Below are positions 25,077 to 47,060 of a DNA stretch of 64,000 nucleotides, in pieces (position 1 is the first letter of the stretch; every line of letters starts with the position of its first letter). Under the pieces are notes generated by a model, which saw nothing but the letters and a program-made list of their open reading frames with translations, was not told the DNA's origin and ran no database searches. The stretch spans positions 248,001 to 312,000 of the forward strand of contig JAXLNO010000385.1 of NCBI GenBank assembly GCA_038087875.1. Reading direction: 5' to 3'. The position numbers and the translations under genes are program-made. Origin of the DNA: Malacoraja senta. Taxonomy: Eukaryota.

Positions 25077-26457
25077 GTAATTTGGTTTGTCTCTGATTTC
25101 CATGTACGCGCATTAGCTGTGAGACATTCCGTAAACTCCGGCGGTGCCGACGTTAAACAAACATTGTTTGTGTTTCAATAATTCACTTGTTTAATTTGGT
25201 TAGACATCCATGTTCCTACTGTAACTGCCGTAATGTGTACGTCATGCCCGTTGTTTATCCCGGCCTGGATCACTGTCTGTACTGATTGCGCCGGCCAGAG
25301 CCCTGACCAGCGAGCAGGTATCAGATAATCACACCCTGGTATGTTGGTCAGGAGCTGTGAGAATGGCAACTTGGGTTCCTTCCGTGGAGAGTCTGAAACG
25401 AGTTAGTGAAATGACATGTGTTCCCAATCGGACAAACCTGCTTAACTGAATATATAATCGATATATTTTCTGCACTCGTCGCTGTCACGTAATTTTATAT
25501 CAGTTAATGTTATGTATTTTGATATCTTCTCCTTCGGACGATCTGTATATTCGAATTTATATCCGCAGATGTATCTGTACATCTTCCCAATCGTGCCACA
25601 GTCAGTACTGCCTGCATGGGCGGTAATTCTGGGTAGGGACGGGAGCAACCCCCCCCCCCCCACCCCCCACCGGTGCTTTGAGAGGTGGGGGGCAATCCCG
25701 CCTATTTTTGTAATCCGGAATTTATCAGACATTTTCTATGGGCTGAATCGGCCAGTTCGCGTGGCCTTTCATCGCCCAGGGCGGCTTAAAATCAACCTGC
25801 TGCATCCAGGCGATCGAGGCTCCCGATGTTGAAGCCCCCGCCGGCCGATGAATGGTCCCGCGAACGGGCCGATTCAAGCCCCACCATTCGCGGCGGGGGC
25901 TTCAACATCGGGAGCCTCGATCGCTTGATTTCGTTGCTGGATTTCGGAGTCCGTCACCAACCAGGTCAGCTTCCGATGTTACCGTCCCCCCCCCCTTAAT
26001 GTTTTAATAGCGATTTCCGTGCCTGTCTGCCGGTGTCACACAGGTCCGGAGTCGCAGGTCAATCTCCACACTCCCGTGTTTATAAGCAATGTTTCATCGT
26101 TCGTCCTCCGACTCCACGATAATCTTGGCTGTGCGCATGTTTCCTCCCACATGCAAGTGACATGCCTATTAATGGTTTCTGTAACTACTGTCCATGGGAC
26201 AGTGTAGATGGATGCTACAATCTGGAGACAGTTCATAAGAATATGGGCTGTATTATAAGCTGTGAACGTAATATACATTGGTGGTTAATGAGGTGCGTGG
26301 ATACCGTTGTCCAAAGGCTGTAGTCTCTGAACGTGGTCTGGGCTAAATGTCATTTGGACAACCAAATTTGACGTTTGAAAACCTTCCAATCAGACAATGT
26401 CCCTCAGATACTTTTGTGCGGGCCTTATGTCAGTAATATCTCTTCTCTCTCTCACAG

Positions 26458-27361
26458 TGAACTTGTTGGCGATTGTGATTCTCTGTCGAGGTAAATGCGG
26501 TCTCTCCAAATGCATCACTGTCTACCTGGTGGCCATGGCAGCGTCTGATCTCCTGGTCGGCATCACCGATCCGTTTCTCCGTCAGACTATTCGAATTGAC
26601 TTCCCGTATTCTTTGGTGAACATTACTCCCGTGTGCGTGACTATCTATTTCCTGGTCTTTGCATCCACCGCGGTCTCTGTCTGGCTGACGGTCGCCTTCA
26701 CCTTCGATCGGTTTGTGGCTATTTGTTGTGAGAAGCTGAAAACAAGATATTGCACTGAGAGAACGGCGGCTGTGATTATCGGGGCAGTGAGTGTGCTGGG
26801 CTGTTTAGAGAACGTCCCCCGGTGTTTTACGATAGAACCTGGCTACGTGTTTGATAATCTTCCCTGGGGTTGCTACCCCAAACCCACCTACTATACGTCG
26901 TCTGCATGGATCGCATATAGTGTCACACACCGCGTTCTAACCCCTTGTATCCCGTTCTTTCTGATCCTTCTGCTCAATGTGCTGACGGTCAGGCGGATTG
27001 TGGCGGCCAGCAGAGTCCGCAGGGGGCTCCGGGGAAAAGGCAACGGAGAGAATGACAAGGACCCGGAGATGGAGAACCGCAAGAAATCCATGTTTTACTC
27101 TTCAGTATCACGGGCACTTTCGCCCTGCTGTGGGTAACACAGGCCATATTTGTCATCTTTACGGGTATTGCGAAGGTGGGATATGACGGCTCCCCCACCG
27201 GTTATTACTACATCACAACGGTCACGTCGACGTTCCTGCAGCTGCTCAGTACCTGCACCAACACGTGTATTTACGTGGTGACCCAGAGTAAATTCAGGGC
27301 TGAGCTGATCAACGCGGTTAAATTCCCAGTGAGTGCAATTCGTGCACTTGTACGTCCGTGA
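26458..27361 (+). pseudogene. GPR139-like GPCR copy 2, exon 2, with a 1-bp deletion before TM6 (pseudogene or assembly indel)
   Basis: Acceptor CTCTCTCTCACAG ends at 26457. AAATCCAT-GTTTTA here compares with AAATCCATCGTTTTA in copy 1, giving a premature TAA at 27135-27137. The remainder is intact in the shifted frame to TGA at 27359-27361. Confidence 0.85.
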
Positions 27362-29500
27362 CCCTCTGATCCACGCCGATAGTTCAACATACATTTGCTC
27401 CCATCAGTGTTTGTCCTCCCAATATTCCCATTCAACTGCTCAGAATCTCCACTACGCACAGACTCACACGGAACAGCTTGCAATGGCCATTTGAACCATC
27501 ACTCGTAGAAGTTATAGAATCATACATCACTGAATCTGTCACTTTGGCTCAATTCGTCTCTGCTAACCGAGATGCGCCGTCAACGCGAGTCCGATTTGCC
27601 CGCGATTCCCCGACATTCATTTTAACCTTTCCTATAAATGCACCCGTCCGATCACCCTAACGGGCTTGCCCCCTCCTGTATTAAAAATCTTCTAACCCAC
27701 CATTCTACCTCCAGGTCCCTCAGGTCGGCCGACTTGGGGCTACTGACTATCTCGCGGTCTAGGTTTAAGCTCAGGGGTGACCGCGCTTTTGCGGTTGCAG
27801 CACCTAGACTGTGGAACAGCAACCCTCTCCTCATCAGAACTCCTCATCATCGACTTCTTTAAATCGAGGCTCAAAACCTACTTCTACCCAATAGCGTTTT
27901 TGAGGCCCTCTGAGGGAGCGCTGTAAACAGTTTGTGTATATATTGTTAGCTCTGTGTACCATTGTATGTAGCACATTAGTATCTGCTCTGGTCTACAGCA
28001 CTTTGGTCAACGAGACTTGATTTTAAATGTGCTATATATTTTCTTCTCGTTTCAACGTGTTGAAAAATCTTCACGACTCTTCACGAGCTTACCGCGTTTC
28101 CCGAGTACATGCCGTTATCTGTACGAGCCGCTAAGAGACGTCCCCGAGCTCCGACGTACCCGCTACGTACATTCAACGTGCTTACCACGAGTTTGATTTT
28201 TTTATCCAATCGGGAGAGCTCTTGAATTACCTCGTACAGTGGGACAGGCACTGGCACACTTCGCGCTCTGACATACCTTTTCTGTCATTAGTTGACGGCT
28301 GCATTTCTCATCATATCTGACGACGTTAGATTTGCCGCAGATGATCTGAAGCCGACGTAAACAATGCGTGAAAAACACAAATTGATGGAGCAAATCTGCG
28401 AGTCGAGCAGAAACTGTGCAGGGAATGGACAGACGGCGTTTTGTATCGGAACCACGAAGATCTGGGGGAATAGCCCATCGAGAAACAACGCCTGTCTATC
28501 CGCATCACAAATGCTGCCTGATCCATTGAGTACTGAACTGCCCCCCGCTGCAGGATGCAAAGAATTTGGAGAGGGCGTTGAAATGTTAGCATGTTGGTGA
28601 AAATGCAAAGGCTGGATGGAAGAGGGCAAAGTTCAATTGAGATGTGTGGGGCATGTTTCTATATGTCGAGGGTGACCGATGGCTGAATTTTATTAGAACG
28701 GAGACGAGGAAGCACTTTTTCTCACAGAGAGTGGTGAGTCTGTGGAATTCTCTGCCTCAGAGGGCGGTGGAGGCCGGTTCTCTGGAATCTTTCAAGAGAG
28801 AGATAGATAGGGCTCTTAAAAATAGCGGAGTCAGGGGATATGGGGAGAAGGCAGGAACGGGGTACTGATTGGGGATGATCAGCCATGATCACATTGAATG
28901 GCGGTGTTGGCTCGAAGGGCCAAATGGCCTGCTCCTGCACCTATGTTCTATTGTCTATTGAAATGTTCTTCTCGTGTCGGTGGTGGAGGCTGTTGGTATC
29001 AATGGAGTTTATGAGGCATTTGTATGGGCATGTGGATATGCAAAAACCTGAGAGATCTCCATCAATTTGAGTAAGCAGATTACACTAATTTATGTTGACA
29101 TCATGTTCGACCCAGACTTTCCCTTTCCCTGTGTTGCATAGAAACATAGAAAATAGGTGCAGGAGGAGGCCATTCGGCCCTTCGAGCCAGCATCGCCATT
29201 CATTGTGATCATGGCTGATCATCCCCAATCAATCCCATAGTTGTACATGTCTATATTCGATACATAAGTACACAAGACATTGTTAAGAAAATAATACCAT
29301 GGTGCAGAATGCAGATTTGCGTTTATTATTCTTGTGTGCACCGCGTTAAATCGAAAAGGTTTGTTTTGCCCGTCATTGAAACAAAAAAAGCTGTACAATA
29401 AATAAACACAATCATATCAAAATCAAGATCATTTGATCGAGCAAGAGGGAAGATTGTTAGAATATAGTCCTTCGCATTACAGCGCATTAGCCCCATAGAA

Positions 29501-29819
29501 GGGCGGTCACGGTGGTGCAGCTGTAGAGTTGCTGCCTTACAGCGAATGCAGCGCCGGAGACCCGGGTTCGATCCCGACTACGGGTGCTGGCTGTACGGAG
29601 TTTGACCTGCGTGGGTTTTCTCCGAGATCTTCGGTATCCTCCCACACTCCAAAGATGTACAGGTTTCTAAGTTAATTGACTTGGGGAAAATGTAAAAATG
29701 GTCCCTACTGGGAGTAGAATAGTGTTAATGTGCGGGGATCCCTGGTCGGCGCCGACCCGGTGGGCCGACGGGCCTGTTTCTGGGCTGCATCTCTAAAACT
29801 AAAACTAAATAAAACTAAA
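29501..29819 (+). mobile_element. tRNA-derived SINE (HE1-like), duplicate of 7413-7746
   Basis: Same A/B boxes and tail, with a small internal deletion. Confidence 0.85.
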
Positions 29820-30009
29820 GACAAAGTCAGCTGTCCACGTTGGGGAAGTGGTGAATCGCGTACTCATGGCTTGTGGAAGGACCGTCAGGAAACATAATAG
29901 CAGAGGGGAAAAGAAGTTTCTGAGTGTGGTGGTGCGCGCGTTCAAGCCTCTGTACCTTTAGCCGGACGGGAGCAGCGTGGATGTTTTGTTTCAATGTCGT
30001 CGAATTTGA

Positions 30010-38270
<8,261 letters not shown>

Positions 38271-38271
38271 T

Positions 38272-38584
38272 GGAGTATACCTGGAGTATTGCATACAGTT
38301 TTGTCTCCAAATCTGAGGAAGGACATTATAGCCATAGAGGGAGTGCACAGAAGGTTCACCAGACTGATTCCTGGGATGTCAAGACTTTCATATGAAGAAA
38401 GACTGGATAGACTTGGCTTATACTCGCTAGAATTTAGGAGGTTGAGAGGGGATCTTATAGAAACGTACAAAATTCTTATGGGGTTGGACAGGCTAGATGC
38501 AGGAAGATTGTTCCCGATGTTGGGGAAGTCCAGGACAAGGGGTCACAGCTTAAGGATAAGGGGGATATCCTTTAAGACCGAGAT
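38272..38584 (+). mobile_element. CR1 LINE fragment
   Basis: ORF 38289-38600 (IEGVHRRFTRLIPG...RGDLIETYKIL). Confidence 0.88.
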
Positions 38585-40465
38585 GCACAGTTATTCCTAG
38601 ATCCCTCTGTTCAAGTGCATTCCTCAATTCGCTACCATTTACCATGTACGTCCTATTTTGATTTGTCCTGCCGAGATGTAGCACCTCACATTTGTCAGCA
38701 TTAAACTCCATCTGCCATCTTTCAGCTAACTCTTCCAAATGGCCTAAATCTCTCTGTAGACTTTGAAAATCTACTTCATTATCCACAACACCAACCACCT
38801 ATCTTAGTATCATCTGCATACTTACTAATCCAATTTTCCACACCATCATCCAGATCATTAATGTACATGACAAACAACAGTGGACCCAACACAGACCCCT
38901 GAGGCACCCCACTAGTCACCGGCCTCCAACCTGACAAACGGCCATCCACCATTACTCTCTGGCATCTCCCATTCAGCCACTGTTGAATCCATCTTGCAAC
39001 TCCACCATTAATACCCAACAATTGAATCTTCTTAACCAAACTTCCATGAGGAACCTTGTCAAAGGCCTTACTGAAGTCCATATAGACAACATCCACTGCT
39101 TTACCCTCATCAATTTCACTGGTAACCTCTTCGAAAAATTCAAGAAGATTAGTCAAGCATGACCTTCCAGGCACAAATCCATGTTGACTGTTCCTAATCA
39201 GACCCTGCTTATCCAGATGCTTATATATATTATCTTTAAGTATCCTTTCCATTAATTTGCCCACCACTGACGTCAAACTAACAGGTCTATAATTGCTAAG
39301 TTTACTCTTAGCACCCTTTTTAAACAACGGAACAACATGCGCAGTACGCCAATCCTCCGGCACTATTCACGTTTCTAATGACATTTGAAATATTTCTGTC
39401 ATAGCCCCGGCTATTTCTACATTAACTTCCCTCAATGTCCTAGGGAATATCCTGTCAGGACCTGGAGACTTATCCGTTTCATATTTTCATATTTCCATTG
39501 CTAGTCTGCTTGTTTACCTTACCTCACATAATTCCATATCCTTCTCCTTGGTGAATACCGAAGAAAATAAATTGTTCAATATCTCCCCCATCTCTTTTGG
39601 CTCTGCAGATAGCTGTCCACTCTGACTCTAATGGACCAATTTTATTCCTTGTTATCCTTTTGCTATTAATATAGCTGTAGAAACCCTGTGGATTTACTTT
39701 CACCTTACTTGCCAAAGCAACCTCATATCTTCTTTTAGCTTTTCTAATTTCTTTCTTAATATTCTTTTTGCATTCTTTATACTCCTCAAGCACCTCATTT
39801 ACTCCATGCTGCCTATAATTATTGTAGATCTCTCTCTTTTTCTGAACCAAGTGTCCAATTTCCCTTGAAAACCATGGCTCTTTCCAATTTTTACTATTTC
39901 CTTTCAACTGAACAGGGACATAAAGATTCTGTACTCTTAAAATTTCACCCTTAAATGTCCTCCATTTCTCTTCTACATCCTTCCCATAAAACAACGTCCC
40001 AATTCACTCCTTTTAAATCCTTTCGCATCTCCTCAAAGTTAGCCTTTCACCAATCAAAAATCTCAACCCTAAGTCCAGTTCTGACCCTCTCCATAATTAT
40101 ATTGAAACTAATCGTATTGTGATCACTGTACCCGAAGTGCTCCCCGACGCATGCCTCCGCCACCTGCCCTGTCTCATTTCCGAACAGGAGGTCCAGCACT
40201 GCCCCTTCTCTAGTAGGTACCTCTATGTATTGCTGCAAAAAAACTATCCTGCACACATTTTACAAACTCCAAACCATCCAGCCCTTTTACAGAATGTGTT
40301 TCCCAGTCTATGTGTGGAAAATTGAAATCTCCCACAATCACTACCTTGGGCTTACTACTAATATCTGCTATCTCCTTACATATTTGCTCTTCCAATTGTC
40401 GCTCCCCATCTGGCGGTCTATAATACACCCCTATAATTGTTGCTACGCCTTTCCCATTTCTCAGT
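38585..40465 (-). mobile_element. CR1 LINE ORF2 (endonuclease C-terminal part plus reverse transcriptase), frameshifted
   Basis: [74 protein letters not shown]. Confidence 0.95.
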
Positions 40466-40470
40466 TCCAC

Positions 40471-43010
40471 CCTCAGTCTTAAATCGCCTACCCCTTATTC
40501 TTAAACTGTGACCTCCTGGTTCTGGACTCCCCCAACATCTGGAACATTTTTCCGCATCTCGCCTGCCCAATCCTTTAAGAATTTTATATGTTTCGAACAG
40601 ATGGCCTCTCATCCTTCCAAATTCCAGTGCATATTACCCCAGTCAATCCATTATTTCATCAGATATCAGCGATATGGGTATGAATGGAACAAATACAAGT
40701 GAATGAGATTAACGTAGATAGACATCTCGATCTGCATGGATGAGTCGGGCAGAAGGGCCAGTTTCCATGCTCTTTCCATGATCATTTGACACAGCACTGG
40801 AATCACCGGTTCTGTAAGCGGGGGCTTGGCGATCGTTTCGCCGAACACCTCCGCTTGGTCCGCAATAACCAACCTGACATCCCGGTGGCTCAGCACTTCA
40901 ACTCCCCCTCCCATTCCCAATACGACGTCTCTGTCCTGGGTCTCCTCCATGGCCAGAGTGAGCAACACCGGAAATTGGAGGAACAGCACCTCAAATTCCG
41001 CTTGGGGAGTCTGCATCCTGGGGGGGCATGAACATTAATATCTCCCAATTTTGTTAGCCATTGCTGTCTCCTCCCCTTCCCAGCTCTCCCTCATCCCTCG
41101 GGCTCCTCCTCCTCCTTTTTCCTTTCTTCTCCGCCCACCCCCTATCAGTCTGAAGAAGGGTTTCGGCCCGAAACGTTGCCTATTTCCTTCGCTCCATAGA
41201 TGAGACCACATCTGGAGTATTGCGTACAGTTTTGGTCTCCTAATCTGAGGAAAGACATTCTTGCCATAGAGGGAGTACAGAGAAGGTTCCCCAGACTGAT
41301 TCCTGGGATGTCAGGACTTTCATATGAAAAGGACTGGATAGACTCGGCTTGTACTCGCTGCAATTTTTGAAGATTGAGTGAGGATCTTATAGAAACTTAC
41401 AGAATTCTTAAGGCGTTGGACAGGCTAGATGCAGGAAGATTGTTCCCGATGTTGGGGAAGTCCAGGACAAGAGGTCACAGTTTAAGGATAAAGGGGAAAT
41501 CTTTTAGGACTGAGACGAGAAAAACATTTTTTACGCAGAGAGTGGTGAATCTGTGGAATTCTCTGCCACAGAAGGTAGTTGAGGCCAGTTCATTAGCTAT
41601 ATTTAAGAGGGAGTTAGACGTGGCCCTTGTGGCTAAAGGGATCACGGGGCATGGAGAGAAGGCAGGTACAGGATACTGAGTTGGATGATCAGCCATGATC
41701 ATATCAAATGGCGGTGCAGGCTCGAAGGGCCGAATGGCCTACTCCTGCACCTACTTTCTATGTTTCTATGTTTCTATGTTTCTATGCTGCTGCACCCGCT
41801 GAGTTTCTCCAGCATTTTTGTCTACCTGTAATCTCAAATGTGCTCTGTCTGTCATCGGCCTCCCCAGTTGTAGCCACACAGCGGACACACAACTGACTGC
41901 ACAACAGTGGCGACACTATATTGGGTGGTGGTGTTACTAACAACGGAGGCCCATCGGTCATCTCCCTCACAAGTGTCCAACAGGTGCTTGCTTCACTGTC
42001 CTCAAACTGAACTACAGCCTGGAAATCCCAGGAATTAAACATCAATAGGTGTCTAATTTTCTCAAAGGGGCAGAGTAAACAACAAAATCATATATATTTA
42101 AAATAATATAACTGCCTGTCAAATAGGTTGTTCATTTTTAAATATCCCTGACCATTGAAGTGTTTCTTTCAGTCTCTATGTGTCCCAGATATACACATCA
42201 CAGAGGGAGAAATACTCTCTTAAATTAATTGATATATAGGCACAGAAATACATAGAAACATAGAAACATAGACAATAGGTGCAGGAGCAGGCCATTTGGC
42301 CCTTCGAGCCAACACCGCCATTCATTGTGATCATGGCTGATCGTCCCCTATCAATAACCCGTGCCTGCCTTCTCCCCATATCCCTTGACACCACTAGCCC
42401 CTAGAGCTCTATCTAACTCTCTCTTAAATCCATCCAGTGACTTGGCCTCCACTGCCCTCTGTGGCAGGGAATTCCACAAATTCACAACTCTCTGGGTGAA
42501 AACGTTTTTTTCTCACCTCAGTCTTAAATGGCCTCCCCTTTATTCTAAGACTGTGTGTGGCCACTGGTTCTGGACTCGCTCAACATTGGGAACATTTTTC
42601 CTGCATCTAGCTTGTCCAGTCCTTTTATAATTTTATATGTTTCTATAAGATCCCCCCTCATCCTTCTAAACTCCAGTGAATACAAGCCCAGTCTTTTCAA
42701 TCTTTCCTCGTATGACAGTCCCGCCATCCCAGGGATCAATCTCGTGAACCTACGCTGCACTGCCTCAATCACAAGGATGTCCTTCCTCAAATTAGGAGAC
42801 CAAAACTGTACACAATACTCCAGATGTGGTCTTACCAGAGCCTATACAACTGGAGAAGAACCTCTTTACACCTATACTGAAATCCTCTTGTTATGAAGGC
42901 CAACATTCCATTAGCTTTCTTCACTGCCTGCTGTACCTGCACGCCAACTTTCAGTGACCGGTGTACAAGGACACCCAGGTCTCGCTGCACCTCCCCCTTA
43001 TCTAACCTAA
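40471..43010 (+). repeat. Direct duplication unit (~2.5 kb), copy 1
   Basis: Same mosaic (CR1, Penelope, CR1, unique segment, CR1) as 43626-46097. Confidence 0.9.
40815..41200 (+). mobile_element. Penelope-like element 3' fragment (GIY-YIG endonuclease C-terminus plus hammerhead in the 3' UTR)
   Basis: KRGLGDRFAEHLR...PVAQHFNSPSH...RKLEEQHLKFRLGSLHPGG, followed by CTGAAGAAGGGTTTCGGCCCGAAACGTT at 41150. Confidence 0.85.
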
Positions 43011-43625
43011 CCCCATTGAGATAATAATCTGCCCCCGTGTTCACTCTCGGAGCTAAGTGTAAATTTGTCTTGAAAACATTCAGTTAATTGGCCCCCCACA
43101 GTCTTATGTCAGGGATAGCAGGACTTTCATATGAAGAAAGACTGGATAGACTCGGCTTGTACTCGCTAGAATTTAGAAGATTTTATAGAAACTTACAAAA
43201 TTCTTAAGGGGTTGGACAGGCTAGATGCAGGAAGATTGTTCCTGATGTTGGGGAAGTCCAGAACAAGGGGTCACAGTTTTAAGATAATGGGGGAAATCTT
43301 TTAGGACCAAGATGAGAAAAACATTTTTCACACCGAGAGTGGTGAATCTGTGGAATTCTCTGCCACAGAAGGTAGTTGAGGCCAGTTCATTGGCTATATT
43401 TAAGAGGGAGTTAGATGTAGCCCTTGTGGCTAAAGGGATCAGGGGGTATGGAGAGAAGGTAGGTACAGGATACTGAGTTGGGTGATCAGCCATGATCATA
43501 TTGAATGGCGGTGCAGGCTCGAAGGGCCGAATGGCCTACTCCTGCACTTATTTTCTATGTTTCTATGTTATGTGGCAGAGAATTCCACAGACTCACAACT
43601 CACTGGGTGAAAACGTTTTTCCTCA

Positions 43626-46097
43626 TCTCAGTCCTAAATCGCCTACACCTTATTCTTAAACTGTGACCTCCTGGTTCTGGACTCCCCCAACATCTGGAAC
43701 ATTTTTTCCGCATCTCGCCTGCCCAATCCTTTAAGAATTTTATATGTTTCGGACAGATGGCCTCTCATCCTTCCAAATTCCAGTGCATATTACCCCAGTC
43801 AATCCATTATTTCATCACATATCAGGGATATGGGTATGAATGGAACAAATACAAGAGAATGAGATGAACGTAGATAGGCATCTCGATCCATCAATGAGTC
43901 GGACCGAAGGGTCTGTTTCCGTGCTGTTTCCATGATCATTTGACACAGCACTGGAATCACCGGTTCTGTAAGCGGAGGCTTGGCGATCGTTTCGCCGAAC
44001 ACCTCCGCTCGGTCCACAATAACCAACCTGGCTCAGCACTTCAACTCCCCCTCCCATTCCGTATCCGACCTTTATGTCCTGGGTCTCCTCCATGGCCAGA
44101 GCGAGCAACACCGGAAATTGGAGGAACAGCACCTCATATTCCGCTTGGGGAGTCTGCATCCTGGGGGCATGAACATTGAATTCTCCCAATTTTGTTAGCC
44201 CTTGCTGTCTCCTCCCCTTCCCAGCTCTCCCTCAGCCCTCGGGCTCCTCCTCCTCCTTTTTCCTTTCTTCTCCCCCCACCCCCTATCAGTTTGACGAAGG
44301 GTTTCGGCCCGAAACGTTGCCTATATCCTTCGCTCCATAGATGAGACCACACCTGGAGTATTGCGTACAGTTTTGGTCTCCTAATCTGAGGAAAGACATT
44401 CGTGCCATAGAGGGGGTACAGAGAAGGTTCACCAGACTGATTCCTGGGATGGCAGGACCTTCATATGAAGAAAGACTGGATAGACTCAGCGTGTACTCGC
44501 TGGAATTTTTTAAGATTGAGGGGGGATCTTATAGAAATTTACAAAATTCTTAAGGGGTTGGACAGGCTAGATGCAGGAAGATTGTTCCCGATATTGTGGA
44601 AGTCCAGGACAAGGGGTCACAGTTTAAGGATAAAGGGGAAATCTTTTAGGACTGAGATGAGAAAAACATTTTACACAGAGAGTGGTGAATCTGTGGAATT
44701 CTCTGCCACAGAAGGTAGCTGAGGCCAGTTCATTAACTATATTTAAGAGGGAGTTAGACGTGGCCCTTGTGGCTAAAGGGATCAGGGGGTATGGTGAGAG
44801 CGCAGGTGAAGGATACTGAGTTGGATGATCAGCCATGATCATATTGAATGGCGGTGCAGGCTCGAAGGGCCGAATGCTGCACCCGCTGAGTTTCTCCAGC
44901 ATTTTTGTCTACCTGTAATCTCAAATGTGCTCTGTCTGTCATCGGCCTCCCCAGTTGTAGCCACACAGCGGACACACAACTGACTGCACAACAGTGGCGA
45001 CACTATATTGGGTGGTGGTGTTACTAACAACGGAGGCCCATCGGTCATCTCCCTTGCAAGTGTCCAACAGGTGCTTGCTTCACTGTCCTCAAACTGAACT
45101 ACAGCCTGGAAATCCGAGGAATTAAACATTAATAGGTGTCTAATTTTCTCAAAGGTGCAGAATAAACAACAAAATAATATATATATAAAATAATATAACT
45201 GCCTGTCAAATAGGTTGTTCATTTTTAAATATCCCTGACCATTGAAGTGTTTCTTTCAGTCTCTATGTGTCCCAGAAATACACATCACAGAGGGAGAAAT
45301 ACTTTCTTAAATTCATTGATATATAGGCACAGAAATACATAGAAACATAGAAACATAGACAATAGGTGCAGGAGGAGGCCATTTGGCCCTACGAGCCAAC
45401 ACCGCCATTCATTGTGATCATGGCTGATCGTCCCCTATCAATAACCCGTGCCTGCCTTCTCCCCATATCCCTTGACTTCACTAGCCCCTAGAGCTCTATC
45501 TAACTCTCTCTTAAATCCATCCAGTGACTTGGCCTCCACTGCCCTCTGTGGCAGGGAATTCCACAAATTCACAACTCTCTGGGTGAAAAAGTTTTTTCTC
45601 ACCTCAGTCTTAAATGGGCTCCCCTTTATTCTAAGACTGTGTGCGGCCCCTGGTTCTGGACTCGCCCAACATTGGGAACATTTTTCCTGCATCTAGCTTG
45701 TCCAGTCCTTTTATAATGTTATATGTTTCTATAAGATCCCCCCTCATCCTTCTAAACTCCAGTGAATACAAGCCCAGTCTTTTCAATTTTTCCTCATATG
45801 ACAGTCCCACCATCCCAGGGATCAATATGGTGAACCTACGCTGCACTGCCTCAATCACAAGGATGTCCTTCCTCAAATTAGGAGACCAAAACTGTACACA
45901 ATACTCCAGATGTGGTCTCACCAGAGCCCTATACAACTGGAGAAGAACCTCTTTACTCCTATACTGAAATCCTCTTGTTATGAAGGCCAACATTCCATTA
46001 GCTTTCTTCACTGCCTGCTGTACCTGCACGCCAACTTTCAGTGACCGGTGTACAAGGACACCCATGTCTCGCTGTACCTCCTCCTTACCTAACCTAA
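43626..46097 (+). repeat. Direct duplication unit, copy 2
   Basis: Colinear with 40471-43010. Confidence 0.9.
43967..44341 (+). mobile_element. Penelope-like 3' fragment (duplicate; hammerhead core mutated)
   Basis: RRLGDRFAEHLR..., QHFNSPSH...LIFRLGSLHPGGMNIEFS, then TTGACGAAGGGTTTCGGCCCGAAAC. Confidence 0.85.
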
Positions 46098-47060
46098 CAG
46101 ATTGAGTGTGTGAGAGATCTCTCTAAATTCACTGGAGATTTGAAGGATGAGAGGGTATCTTATAGAAACATACACAGTTATTCAGGGATTGGACTGGCGA
46201 GATGCAGGAAAAGTGTTCCCGATGTTTGGGGAGTCCAGAACCAGGGGCCACACACAGTTTAAGAATAAGGGGTCGGCCATTTCGGACTAAGATGAGAAAA
46301 GACGTTTTCACCCAGAGAGTTGTGAATCTGTGGGATTCTCTGCCACAGAAGGCAGTGGAGGCCAATTCGCTGGATGTTTTCACGATGGAGTTAGAAATAG
46401 CTCAGGGCTAACGGAATCAAGTGATATGGGGAGAAAGCAGGAACGGGGTACTGATTTAGGATGATCAGCCATGATCATGTGGTGCTGGCTCGAAGGCCAA
46501 AAGGCCTACTCCTGCACCTATTTTCTATCTTTCTATGTTTCTAAACCACTGGGGACATCGCAGACGGGTGAGTCGGTCATTTGCTCTCAGATCCACCTTG
46601 CTGTCTGGTCCGTGGGTTTGAATTCACATCTACCTGTCCACTGGTCTGAAGTAGTTCAATACAAAATAGACTGCAGATTGAACCGGCTGGAACTAATATT
46701 CCCCGCTGGACGAAGGGTTACTCAATTCCCCCCGTTCGCTGATCAGACGCGGCATTTTAAGTTTTCCTGCATTTTCTGCTGTACTTTCAATTGTGTACCC
46801 GAGAGAGCTAATTAGTATTTCTCCGAAGTGTTAGTTAAGATGAAAATATCAAATTAATGCATCATCACCTGCCGTCTTTACCTGCGTGGATCGAGCTGCA
46901 ATACGCTCATTAAATATGAAATTAATTATGGATACTGAGCTAGAGTTAACCCTTCATAGTCGAACATTTGAAATAAAATGAAAGGTTTATTTATTTTACG
47001 TCGTGTGTCAAGATTTAATGAAATGTCACAGGTAATCCAGGCCCGTCACTGATCACATTG

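Larger units (their letters stand above)
22716..29964 (+). repeat. Segmental duplication unit B, paralogous to 427-7891
   Basis: Colinear near-identity with unit A. Confidence 0.95.
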
